Origin: a virus
Lineage: Duplodnaviria > Heunggongvirae > Uroviricota > Caudoviricetes
Strand: one strand, 5' to 3'
IMG/VR virus record: IMGVR_UViG_3300012983_000003
Span: 1-64,000 of that record
DNA: 64,000 nucleotides
Under the pieces are notes generated by a model. It had not been told where the DNA came from. It worked only from the letters and a program-made list of their open reading frames with translations, and searched no databases. Of this stretch, positions 55,977 to 64,000 are shown piece by piece (position 1 is the stretch's first letter; each line of letters begins with the position of its first letter). Made by a program: the position numbers and the translations under genes.

Positions 55977-56498
55977 ATGTATAGTCAACACGGTGTAATT
56001 AAGATACTCAATGATTACGGTATCCTTTATCTTGATAATGTTGAGTTTTATTTCGATATAGAAGACCTGCCTCTTATCAAAAGTAGGAGTTGGTATAGGG
56101 ACAAAGACGGTTATCTTGTCAGTTGTTACTATTATGCAGGTCGGCGTAGGTTCGTTAGGTTTCATCGGATTGTGATGAACGCACAAGAAGATGAGATAGT
56201 TGACCATATCAATCACAAACGAGCCGATAATCGCAAACGCAATCTTAGGGTGTGTAAGCGTGCAGAAAACGACCGTAATCGTGGTCTGTACGCTACGAAC
56301 ACCTCTGGTATATCAGGTGTTCACTTCGATAGAAAGCGAAACAAATGGATTGCGAGTATTACATACAACCACCGAAGAATTTTCATCGGTAGGTTTTCAC
56401 ATAAAGACGAAGCCGTAAGAGCACGACTCTTAAAAGAGGCTGAGTTATTTAAAGATTTTGCTCCACAGAGAGCACTATTGGAGGGATTAAATGGATAG
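55977..56498 (+). CDS. HNH homing endonuclease with AP2-like DNA-binding domain
   Basis: VDHINHKRADNRKRNLRVC HNH; GISGVHFDRKRNKWIASI AP2-like. Confidence 0.7.
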   Translation: MYSQHGVIKILNDYGILYLDNVEFYFDIEDLPLIKSRSWYRDKDGYLVSCYYYAGRRRFVRFHRIVMNAQEDEIVDHINHKRADNRKRNLRVCKRAENDRNRGLYATNTSGISGVHFDRKRNKWIASITYNHRRIFIGRFSHKDEAVRARLLKEAELFKDFAPQRALLEGLNG

Positions 56499-56982
56499 AG
56501 TTCCTATCAAAGATTATGAGAATTATTATATCGATAGGTGTGGTAATGTATATAACTCATACGGTCTAAGACTTAAACAATATCTATCCAACAATGGATA
56601 TTTGCGAGTTTCTCTATGTAAACACCAAAAACATAAGAAGTTTTTAGTACATAGACTGGTTGCTCAACACTTTATCGATAATCCCGATAATTTACCGCAG
56701 GTCAACCACAAAGATTATAACAAACAGAATAACAATGTGGAAAATCTTGAGTGGTGTACCTGTTTAGAAAATCTAAATTACAGCAATGTAATTGATAAAG
56801 CATCTATAGCCAAACACGAAGAAGTAATATGTATTGATACCAATGAGGTGTTTGAAAACATTAAATCTGCGTGTGAGAAATACGGCTTACATCATTCAAA
56901 TATAGTTGCTTGTTGCAATGGCAGACGAGCAACTTGCGGAGGATATAAATGGAAGTACAAAACGTCAAAGTTTACGGCATAG
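56491..56982 (+). CDS. NUMOD4/HNH homing endonuclease
   Basis: IKDYENYYIDRCGNVYN NUMOD4-like; VHRLVAQHF...NHKDYNKQNNNVENLEW HNH. Confidence 0.65.
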   Translation: MDRVPIKDYENYYIDRCGNVYNSYGLRLKQYLSNNGYLRVSLCKHQKHKKFLVHRLVAQHFIDNPDNLPQVNHKDYNKQNNNVENLEWCTCLENLNYSNVIDKASIAKHEEVICIDTNEVFENIKSACEKYGLHHSNIVACCNGRRATCGGYKWKYKTSKFTA

Positions 56983-57566
56983 AAGATAGTTTCCGTGCAA
57001 GTAAATTCCCTATGTTATCTAATATTGATAACGCAACTACCGACTATACTGAGCGAATTAAGTCATTAGGTACTTGTAAACACGGTACTGGACACGATAA
57101 TTTTTTGAACGGTATTATTACGCAGTTTGATTTGACGCTTAGTAATAAATGCTGGGTAGAAATGCAGAGGTATCATTTCATTGATTTTGTCAGTAGTCAG
57201 TCCACTATGCATAGGATAACAAGTTTTGATTTAAACACATCATATAACGAATTTGTAGACCAACGAATTGTGGATATTATGGCTGAGAAAGTCAGCCAAT
57301 ATAACGAACTCAAGAAACAATTAGCCGAAGATGACTCATTATCTGACGAGCTGGAAAGACGATATCTTGAAATCTTATACTCTAATCCCGCAGGATTTCA
57401 GTTAACTGCGCGAATGACAACTAATTACAGGCAGTTAAAGACGATTTATCTGCAAAGAAAACATCACCGATTGCCTGAATGGAAAGAGTTTTGTAAATTC
57501 ATTGAAACCCTCCCATACAGTGAGTTAATCACAGGGAGCGTTAATAATGGAAAGCAGGATAAATAA
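56949..57566 (+). CDS. Hypothetical protein
   Basis: ORF with GGAGG RBS. Confidence 0.4.
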   Translation: MEVQNVKVYGIEDSFRASKFPMLSNIDNATTDYTERIKSLGTCKHGTGHDNFLNGIITQFDLTLSNKCWVEMQRYHFIDFVSSQSTMHRITSFDLNTSYNEFVDQRIVDIMAEKVSQYNELKKQLAEDDSLSDELERRYLEILYSNPAGFQLTARMTTNYRQLKTIYLQRKHHRLPEWKEFCKFIETLPYSELITGSVNNGKQDK

Positions 57567-57975
57567 CCCACAGAGAATGAAGCAACTCATAGATTTCCAA
57601 GGACTTGCAGTTGATGAATACATTTATCCTACGGATATAGACGGACTGATTGAGTATAAAGACTCTGAATACATAATCTTTGAGGTCAAATATGGTGATG
57701 CAGAAGTGCCTTTCGGACAGAAACTTGCGCTACAGCGAATGGTAGATGACTTTACAAAGACCGGTAAACAGGCGGTTGTGCTTGTTTGCGAACATACAGT
57801 ACGAAACCCAGAAAAGCCCGTTGTGGCTGCTTGGTGCAAAGTACGAGAAATCTATTACGGCGGCGAAAAACAATGGCGGAAACCAATTAAGGAAATCACC
57901 GTTAGAGAAGCGGTTGATGACTTCCAAAAGTATTCCAGACTTGCCATTGAAAAGTCGCACATTTCGGAGGAATGA
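57547..57975 (+). CDS. Hypothetical protein
   Basis: ORF. Confidence 0.4.
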   Translation: MESRINNPQRMKQLIDFQGLAVDEYIYPTDIDGLIEYKDSEYIIFEVKYGDAEVPFGQKLALQRMVDDFTKTGKQAVVLVCEHTVRNPEKPVVAAWCKVREIYYGGEKQWRKPIKEITVREAVDDFQKYSRLAIEKSHISEE

Positions 57976-57976
57976 A

Positions 57977-58513
57977 ATGAAAATTCTTGCTATTTCAGGT
58001 CACGCACAGAATGGCAAAGACACAGTAGCTGGTTTGCTCAGAGACGCTCTGAAAGCCGACGGCAATCGTGTTCTCGTAGCACATTATGCTGACTTGCTTA
58101 AATATATGTGCCGTACTTTCTTTGATTGGGACGGCAACAAGGACGAAAAAGGCAGACATATCTTACAGTATGTCGGAACAGATGTTATTCGTAAACAGGC
58201 ACCTGATTTCTGGGTTGACTTTATTGCATCTGTGTTGACCTATTTTAACGAAAACTGGGACTGGGTACTTATTCCTGACTCAAGATTTCCGAACGAAATC
58301 GATAAGTTGGTATCCAACGGTTTTGATGTGACCCACATTAGAGTTGTTCGTCCTAATTTCAAGAGTCCTCTCACAGAGGAACAACAGAAGCATCCGTCTG
58401 AAACTGCACTCGATAATGTAGAGCCGAACTTCTACATCTATAACGAGGGCTCTATGGAAGACTTGGAAGCAAAAATCAAAGTATGGATTAAGGAGAATTT
58501 ATATGGGAACTAA
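57977..58513 (+). CDS. Deoxynucleoside monophosphate kinase (P-loop)
   Basis: MKILAISGHAQNGKDTVAG P-loop; GGAGG RBS; upstream part of ORF 57746-58513 is not the start. Confidence 0.65.
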   Translation: MKILAISGHAQNGKDTVAGLLRDALKADGNRVLVAHYADLLKYMCRTFFDWDGNKDEKGRHILQYVGTDVIRKQAPDFWVDFIASVLTYFNENWDWVLIPDSRFPNEIDKLVSNGFDVTHIRVVRPNFKSPLTEEQQKHPSETALDNVEPNFYIYNEGSMEDLEAKIKVWIKENLYGN

Positions 58514-59141
58514 GCGCGGGTATTATGACATCGAAGTTGCATTTGAAGATGCAATGGTTGAAAACGGTATGATTGATGGTCTGTTTTATCTCCGAGATTT
58601 AAAGCAACGCAAGTTGTTTCTTAACGAGGATGTGTCGTCTTTCTCCGTAGCTGAAATTGTTAAGCACATTATGCAGTTCAATGCAGAGGATAGACTTATT
58701 CCCGTTGCAGAACGCACTCCCATTCTCCTATATGTAACCTCTAACGGTGGAGAAGTTGACTCTGGGTTTGAGCTTATCGATGTCATTCAAAGCAGTAAGA
58801 CTCCCGTATATACAATCAATCTTGGATATCAATATAGTATGGGCTTCTTAATCGGACTTGCAGGTCATAAGAGATTTGCAATGCCTACTGCGAAGTATTT
58901 AATGCACGACGGCTCTAACTTCGTATTCAACTCTGGTGCTAAAGCACAAGACCAAATGAGGTTCCAGCAAAGAGTCGAGGGTCGTATTAAGCAATATGTA
59001 CTCTCCAGAAGTAATGTGACAAGCGAAGAGTATGATAGCAACCTCCGTGTTGAGTGGTACTTATTCGCGGACGAAGCCAAAGAAAAGGGCTTCGTGGACT
59101 GTATTATCGGTATTGATTGCGAACTTGACGAGATTATTTAA
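58503..59141 (+). CDS. ClpP-family serine protease-like protein
   Basis: LLYVTSNGGEVDSGFELIDVI...INLGYQYSMGFLIGLAG...MHDGS resembles the ClpP fold and catalytic Ser/His region. Confidence 0.6.
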   Translation: MGTKRGYYDIEVAFEDAMVENGMIDGLFYLRDLKQRKLFLNEDVSSFSVAEIVKHIMQFNAEDRLIPVAERTPILLYVTSNGGEVDSGFELIDVIQSSKTPVYTINLGYQYSMGFLIGLAGHKRFAMPTAKYLMHDGSNFVFNSGAKAQDQMRFQQRVEGRIKQYVLSRSNVTSEEYDSNLRVEWYLFADEAKEKGFVDCIIGIDCELDEII

Positions 59142-59152
59142 GGGGTGTTTGA

Positions 59153-59863
59153 ATGGCTGCTAAAAAGAGACCCACAGTAGAGACATTCGATAATCCGCCT
59201 AAAAATTTCGATGACGGTATGTTCTATAGTATCCAATTAGATGAGGAACAGATTGCGTTTGCCAATGCTATTTGGAACCCAGATTACGATATTATCTTCG
59301 CTAACGCAAAGGCGGGTACAGGTAAAACCACAATCGCAACAGGTGTGGCAAATCTACTCATTCTATATGGAATGTATAAGAACTTGATTTACATTATGTC
59401 GCCATACGGTGAGCGTAAACAAGGTTGGCTCCCCGGAACGATTACAGAAAAGAGTTCCGTATATTTCGAGGCGTTTTACCAAGCCCTTGTAAATTGTAAT
59501 GTGAACCCACATACCGCAATCAATGACGAAAGTTTAGTCAACCAAAAGAATGGAACTGGATACATCACCTGTATCACAGACACATTCTTACGAGGCACTA
59601 ACCTTGATGATGCCGTAATCATTATTGATGAAGCACAGAACTACACGGTGTCTCAGTTAAAGAAGACTCTTACGAGAGTCGGTAAAAAGGCAAAGGTTAT
59701 TGTAATCGGTCACGAGCTCCAGTGTGATTTGGAACGCCCTGCCGAAAGCGGTTTTATGAAATACATAGAACACTTCAAAGACAAGGACAGAGCGACCGTT
59801 TGCAACCTCACTACTAATCACCGTAGTTGGATTAGTCAGTGTGCCGATGAAGTAAAGGAGTGA
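59153..59863 (+). CDS. phoH: PhoH-like ATPase
   Basis: ANAKAGTGKTTIATG Walker A; IIIDEAQN Walker B. Confidence 0.7.
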   Translation: MAAKKRPTVETFDNPPKNFDDGMFYSIQLDEEQIAFANAIWNPDYDIIFANAKAGTGKTTIATGVANLLILYGMYKNLIYIMSPYGERKQGWLPGTITEKSSVYFEAFYQALVNCNVNPHTAINDESLVNQKNGTGYITCITDTFLRGTNLDDAVIIIDEAQNYTVSQLKKTLTRVGKKAKVIVIGHELQCDLERPAESGFMKYIEHFKDKDRATVCNLTTNHRSWISQCADEVKE

Positions 59864-60447
59864 GCAATGCTTTGAAACACCTAACAGTTCTTGTTGATAT
59901 GGATGATACTTTAGAAAATCTTTGTGAGGCTTGGGTATCATTTCTCAACGAGCAATATGGTTTAACTGTTACCACGAATGATATTACGGATTGGGATATA
60001 ACCAAGGCATTTCCCACCTTAACAAAAGAACAGGTATTTGCACCTCTCGATGATGCAAATATGTGGGAGAGAGTAAAACCTCTCCCTAAAGCCTGCGAAA
60101 CAATCCGTAAACTTAGAGAGGAAGGTCATACGGTTTATGTCGTAACCGCATCAAACCCTAAGTCAGTACCTATCAAACTTGAAAAGGTATTGTTTAAATA
60201 CTTCCCGTTCTTTACATATCACGATGTAATTATTACTTCTCGTAAACAACTCATTCGTGGCGATGTTTTAGTTGATGATGCGCCTCATAATTTAGACGGC
60301 GGTGCATATAAGCGTATCTTAATGAGCGCACCTCACAATCGTTATTTTAACGAAAAGGATATACAGGCAGTCAGAGCGTTTAACTGGGATGCCGTATATG
60401 TACTTATTAAATTACTCGCACACGGAAAGGAGTGGCGATATGAGTAA
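59860..60447 (+). CDS. HAD-family 5'(3')-deoxyribonucleotidase
   Basis: VLVDMDDTL motif I. Confidence 0.6.
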   Translation: MSNALKHLTVLVDMDDTLENLCEAWVSFLNEQYGLTVTTNDITDWDITKAFPTLTKEQVFAPLDDANMWERVKPLPKACETIRKLREEGHTVYVVTASNPKSVPIKLEKVLFKYFPFFTYHDVIITSRKQLIRGDVLVDDAPHNLDGGAYKRILMSAPHNRYFNEKDIQAVRAFNWDAVYVLIKLLAHGKEWRYE

Positions 60448-60664
60448 AACAATACTTTTGTATTCAAATGGGTGTGTCTCTTGTAAAAATCTCAAACTTA
60501 TGCTTCAAAAAGCAGGGATTGAGTACACAGAGAATAACAATACCGAAGAAATGTTAGCACTCGGCATTTCACAAATCCCTGTTCTGAGCGTTGACGGAGA
60601 ACTAATGTCTTATGAAGACGCTAAGAAATGGGTTCAATCAAATAATAAAGGAGAAAGCAGATGA
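60440..60664 (+). CDS. nrdH: Glutaredoxin/NrdH-like redoxin (CxxC)
   Basis: LLYSNGCVSCKNLK. Confidence 0.6.
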   Translation: MSKTILLYSNGCVSCKNLKLMLQKAGIEYTENNNTEEMLALGISQIPVLSVDGELMSYEDAKKWVQSNNKGESR

Positions 60665-62412
60665 AAAGTAGCAAGAATATCATCGAGTCGTATTTAAAGA
60701 AAGACGACTGGAGAGTTAACGAAAACTCTAATGCACCATTCAGCTTCGGTGCAATGAATAAATACATTACCGCAGAGGTAAGTAAGGATTATTGGCTGAG
60801 AGAGGTTTATCCAGAGCATATTGCTCAGGCTTATGTTGACGGTTATGTTCATCTGCACGACCTTGGCGGTTTAACATTATACTGCACAGGTTACTCCTTG
60901 AAAGAAATCATTATGAAAGGCGTGCGTGGAGTTCCTAATATCCCTACATCTGCTCCCGCAAAGCACTTCGACTCTATCTTAAATCAGTGTGCTAATCTCG
61001 TAACTGTATACCAGAATGAGATTATGGGCGCGGTTGCTTTTAACGGCTTCGACACCTTACTTGCTCCGTTTGTCAAGCAGGATAAGTTAGGTTACACCGA
61101 AGTTAAGCAGTCAATGCAGAACTTTATTTTCAGCGTTAACAGTAACAGTCGTGCCGGTGCGGAACCTGCGTTCTTTAACCTCACATTTGATTTAACACCT
61201 CCCGAGGATATGCTTGACGACTACTGTATTATCGGTGGCGACCTCGTGAGCTTTACATACCGCGATTGCCAACAGGAAATCGACTTAATTAACAGAGTCT
61301 TCTTTGAGATTATGCTTGAGGGCGATGCCGAAGGCAAACTCTTCGCTTATCCTATTCCCACATATAACATTCACTCTCGCTTTGATTGGGATAACCCCAA
61401 CAACAAGCTTCTCTGGGAGATGGCTGGTAAGTATGGTACTCCGTACTTCGCCAACTTCATCAATAGTGAGTTGGATATCAGCGATGTTCGTTCTATGTGT
61501 TGCAGACTCAGACTTGATTTGAGCGAACTTCGTCATAGAAACGGCGGTTTATTCGGCGCTGGTGACTCTACTGGTTCAATCGGCGTCGTAACACTTAACC
61601 TCCCGCGTCTCGGCTATGAGGCACAGGGTTCAAAGGAGACATTCTATGCGTTATTGGATAAATACCTTAACATTGCTAAGGAGAGTCTCGAGATTAAACG
61701 TGCGTGGCTCCAAGAAAACATCATATCTACACGACTTATTCCTGCTTATATGGAGTATGTCGGAACGATAGATAATCATTTCAGCACCATCGGTATCGTT
61801 GGTATGAATGAAATGTGCGAGAACTTTATGGGTGTAAATATCCTCAATGATGATGCTCATAAGTTCTGCATCGAAGTCGGAGACCATATCCGCGAGAAGC
61901 TCTTAGAGTTCCAAGCAGAAACTGGACACCTCTACAATTATGAGGCAACTCCTGCGGAGTCCACTTGTTACAGGCTTGCTCTGTTAGACAAGAAGAAATA
62001 TCCCGAAATCATCACACAGGGCTCTGGTAAAGATGTATATTACACAAACAGTTGCCATATCCCAGTAAGTCTTATCGAGGACATTAACTCCACATTCAAG
62101 CATCAGGACGATTTACAGAGTCAGTTCACCGGCGGTACAGTAATCCACTGTTACCTCAAGGGAGCAATCTCTGGCGAACACGCCAAACAAATTGTTAAGT
62201 CGATGTTTGAAACATACAAGGTTCCTTATATGAGTTTATCCCCGATTTCAAGATATTGTGAGGAACACGGATATATCGCTGAGGTTGTTGATAAGTGCCC
62301 AATCTGTAAAAAGAGATTAAAGTTATTCCAAAGAATTACTGGCTATCTCCGCTGTGTTGACAACTTCAACAAAGGTAAAAAGGCTGAGTTTAAGGATAGG
62401 AAACAGTTATGA
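60661..62412 (+). CDS. nrdD: Anaerobic ribonucleoside-triphosphate reductase (class III, NrdD)
   Basis: C-terminal zinc CPICKK plus glycyl-radical RITGYLR; NrdD-like core. Confidence 0.8.
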   Translation: MKSSKNIIESYLKKDDWRVNENSNAPFSFGAMNKYITAEVSKDYWLREVYPEHIAQAYVDGYVHLHDLGGLTLYCTGYSLKEIIMKGVRGVPNIPTSAPAKHFDSILNQCANLVTVYQNEIMGAVAFNGFDTLLAPFVKQDKLGYTEVKQSMQNFIFSVNSNSRAGAEPAFFNLTFDLTPPEDMLDDYCIIGGDLVSFTYRDCQQEIDLINRVFFEIMLEGDAEGKLFAYPIPTYNIHSRFDWDNPNNKLLWEMAGKYGTPYFANFINSELDISDVRSMCCRLRLDLSELRHRNGGLFGAGDSTGSIGVVTLNLPRLGYEAQGSKETFYALLDKYLNIAKESLEIKRAWLQENIISTRLIPAYMEYVGTIDNHFSTIGIVGMNEMCENFMGVNILNDDAHKFCIEVGDHIREKLLEFQAETGHLYNYEATPAESTCYRLALLDKKKYPEIITQGSGKDVYYTNSCHIPVSLIEDINSTFKHQDDLQSQFTGGTVIHCYLKGAISGEHAKQIVKSMFETYKVPYMSLSPISRYCEEHGYIAEVVDKCPICKKRLKLFQRITGYLRCVDNFNKGKKAEFKDRKQL

Positions 62413-62888
62413 TAGTTAAGGCAGTAAAAACCGAGTGGTTTCAGGACTATAAAACACCCTCGTTATACATTGCCTTTCCGAACTGTTCTTTCAAATGCGA
62501 AAAAGAGTGTGGCAAGAAGATGTGCCAAAACAGTCATCTTGCCTCGCTCCCCGAGAAAGACATCGGAATTGATGTAATTATGAGGAAGTACCTGAGTAAC
62601 CCAGTTACACAGGCTATTGTCTGTGGCGGTCTTGAACCGTTTGATGATTTTCACGAAGTGATTTCGTTTGTATCTGCCGTAAGAAGTTGGTACGACTGTA
62701 ATGATACAATCGTTATCTATACTGGATATAATCCAGAGGAAATCGAAACCGAAATTAACCTACTAAAACAGTACGAAAACATCATCGTAAAGTTTGGCAG
62801 ATACATACCTAATCACACTCCTCATTATGACGAGGTTCTTGGCGTCAAACTTGCGAGTGATAATCAGTTCGCTGTTAAGATTTCATAA
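62409..62888 (+). CDS. nrdG: Anaerobic RNR activating protein-like (NrdG, radical SAM)
   Basis: Position after nrdD; Cys cluster FPNCSFKCEKECGKKMC. Confidence 0.55.
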   Translation: MIVKAVKTEWFQDYKTPSLYIAFPNCSFKCEKECGKKMCQNSHLASLPEKDIGIDVIMRKYLSNPVTQAIVCGGLEPFDDFHEVISFVSAVRSWYDCNDTIVIYTGYNPEEIETEINLLKQYENIIVKFGRYIPNHTPHYDEVLGVKLASDNQFAVKIS

Positions 62889-63057
62889 GGAGAAATAATA
62901 ATGATTAGTGCTTGGCATTTACTTTGGATTATTCCGTTATCTAATCTTATCTCTATGTTTGCTGTTGGTATATGTGGCTTCGGCTCAAAATCTGAAAGTA
63001 TGAGCGAGGCTTATAGCATCGGCTTTAGAGACGGTAGAGCCTATAAGGAGACCGAAG

Positions 63058-63243
63058 ATGGCGATAAGACTTAATCCAGACACAGAGACAGTAAATGAAA
63101 TCCGTAAGAGATTAAAAGATAATAACGGATACTGTCCGTGTAATCTTATTAAAAATCCAGACACAAAATGTATGTGTAAGGATTTCCGCGAACAAGAAAG
63201 TGGAATGTGTCATTGTGGGCTTTATATAAAGGAACCCGATTAA
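63058..63243 (+). CDS. Small Cys-rich protein with CPC...CMC...CHC motif resembling the ferredoxin-thioredoxin reductase catalytic domain
   Basis: GYCPCNLIKNPDTKCMCKDFREQESGMCHCG. Confidence 0.4.
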   Translation: MAIRLNPDTETVNEIRKRLKDNNGYCPCNLIKNPDTKCMCKDFREQESGMCHCGLYIKEPD

Positions 63244-63337
63244 AATGGACATCAATATATACATATTCGGCTTATTTCTTATCTTAATGTCGATGATGTT
63301 TTTCTATAATAACAATAATATGAGACCGAGGTTTTAA

Positions 63338-63766
63338 ATGAGACGATTATTTATTATGCGTAAAGACCTGAATATGTCGGCGGGGAAACTCGCCGCACAG
63401 GTCGGACATTGTGCGGAAGCATATTGGACTATGCTTTTGCGAAAAGGAATTGATACTAAAGACGATTTTTACTATGTTGTAAAAACATTTATAGAAAACG
63501 AAATCTATGATGAGTATATCAATGGGTCTTTCGTAAAAACAATATGTGAGGCTCGTAACAAAAACCATCTCCTTAAAGCAAAAACTATAGCTGAAGATAT
63601 GGGATTGATAAACACATTGGATTTTGGTTTGATATATGATGCTTGTTACACAGAGCTTAATCCCGAAGAAGAGGATGGAACCACACTGACTGGTATCTGG
63701 TTCAAACCCTTACCGGACGAAAAAGCTCATAAAATCAGTAAGAAGTATCAATTATATAAAGGTTAA
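63338..63766 (+). CDS. Peptidyl-tRNA hydrolase, PTH2 family
   Basis: IMRKDLNMSAGKLAAQVGHCAEAYW matches the PTH2 N-terminal signature. Confidence 0.65.
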   Translation: MRRLFIMRKDLNMSAGKLAAQVGHCAEAYWTMLLRKGIDTKDDFYYVVKTFIENEIYDEYINGSFVKTICEARNKNHLLKAKTIAEDMGLINTLDFGLIYDACYTELNPEEEDGTTLTGIWFKPLPDEKAHKISKKYQLYKG

Positions 63767-63794
63767 TACTATCAACGCCAAAAGGAGTGATAGA

Positions 63795-64000
63795 ATGATA
63801 AGGTTAGAAAATCACTACGGTGCAGATGTATGGACGGACACAGAAACTGACCCAATTAGAAAGCAACATTGTTTATGTTGGAAATGTGAGAAACTCACCT
63901 GTGTTAAAGAAACCAACTGCCCGATTGCACAAAAGTTATTTGAAATAGCGCAAAATGATAGTTGTGCTATGATGATGACAAGGTGTAAACACTTCGTTCT
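63795..64000 (+). CDS. Hypothetical Cys-rich protein (3' end outside window)
   Basis: ORF with AAAGGAG RBS; runs off the window end. Confidence 0.3.
   Translation, partial: MIRLENHYGADVWTDTETDPIRKQHCLCWKCEKLTCVKETNCPIAQKLFEIAQNDSCAMMMTRCKHFV

Noticed and set aside
57547-58513. Programmed frameshift between overlapping ORFs 57547-57975 and 57746-58513
   Set aside because: A GGAGG RBS and ATG at 57977 give a clean P-loop kinase start; the upstream in-frame extension is just open frame.
1-64000. CRISPR array or Cas genes
   Set aside because: No regularly spaced direct repeats with unique spacers were seen; the Cas4-like protein sits in a replication/recombination context.

Overview
The window reads as a densely packed, almost entirely plus-strand region of a large dsDNA phage, probably one infecting an anaerobic Firmicutes host. 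The host guess rests on a SleB-type cell-wall hydrolase, AbrB- and HU-like proteins, an anaerobic class III ribonucleotide reductase (RNR) and extended -10 style promoters. Recognisable modules, in order:

- 1-540: two perfect 60-bp tandem repeats and a GAGTR-motif iteron region at the window start.
- 1.5-6 kb: a block of small membrane proteins, lipoproteins and regulators.
- 7.4-11.6 kb: a candidate ubiquitin-like conjugation cassette (beta-grasp Ubl-like, an E2-like motif inside a large protein, a JAB/JAMM protease, a minimal E1-like protein) interrupted by a tRNA-Leu.
- 12.2-13.9 kb: a retron-like reverse transcriptase preceded by a ~300-nt non-coding region bounded by 13-nt inverted repeats, with an HNH homing endonuclease upstream.
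- Five structured non-coding islands (13.9-14.5, 16.5-17.2, 18.4-19.1, 25.8-26.1 and 26.7-27.1 kb; a sixth at 30.2-30.8 kb has palindromes but no copy of the shared elements). They carry a 21-nt hairpin element in six copies with compensatory base changes and a GTTGC-N3-GCAAC hairpin in four copies, next to five tRNA or tRNA-like genes, two of which have non-canonical anticodon loops.
- 19.3-25.4 kb: an NAD+ salvage/reconstitution island (macro domain, PncA, Prs-like, NAMPT-family, deoxyribosyltransferase-like, NadE, DNA ligase).
- 27-29 kb: an SPFH/band-7 protein and an RtcB RNA ligase.
- 33-40 kb: many small Cys-rich proteins, a Ros/MucR zinc-finger protein, a DUF488 protein and a NifS-like cysteine desulfurase.
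- 41.9-45 kb: a lysogeny-switch-like region with the only minus-strand gene (a CI/LexA-like repressor with an S24 peptidase domain), divergent promoters, a solitary MazF/PemK-like toxin, a degenerate integrase-like protein and tRNA-Gln.
- 45.9-54.1 kb: a replication module (ERF, SSB, Cas4-like nuclease, DnaB, DnaG, DnaE).
- 55.2-57 kb: a SleB-like hydrolase and two tandem HNH homing endonucleases.
- 57.9-63.8 kb: a nucleotide-metabolism block (dNMP kinase, ClpP-like, PhoH, 5'-nucleotidase, NrdH, NrdD, NrdG, an FTR-like Cys protein, PTH2).

No CRISPR array was seen. The most interesting candidates are the Ubl/E2/JAB/E1 cassette, the retron-like RT with its flanking structured RNAs, and the recurring hairpin elements.
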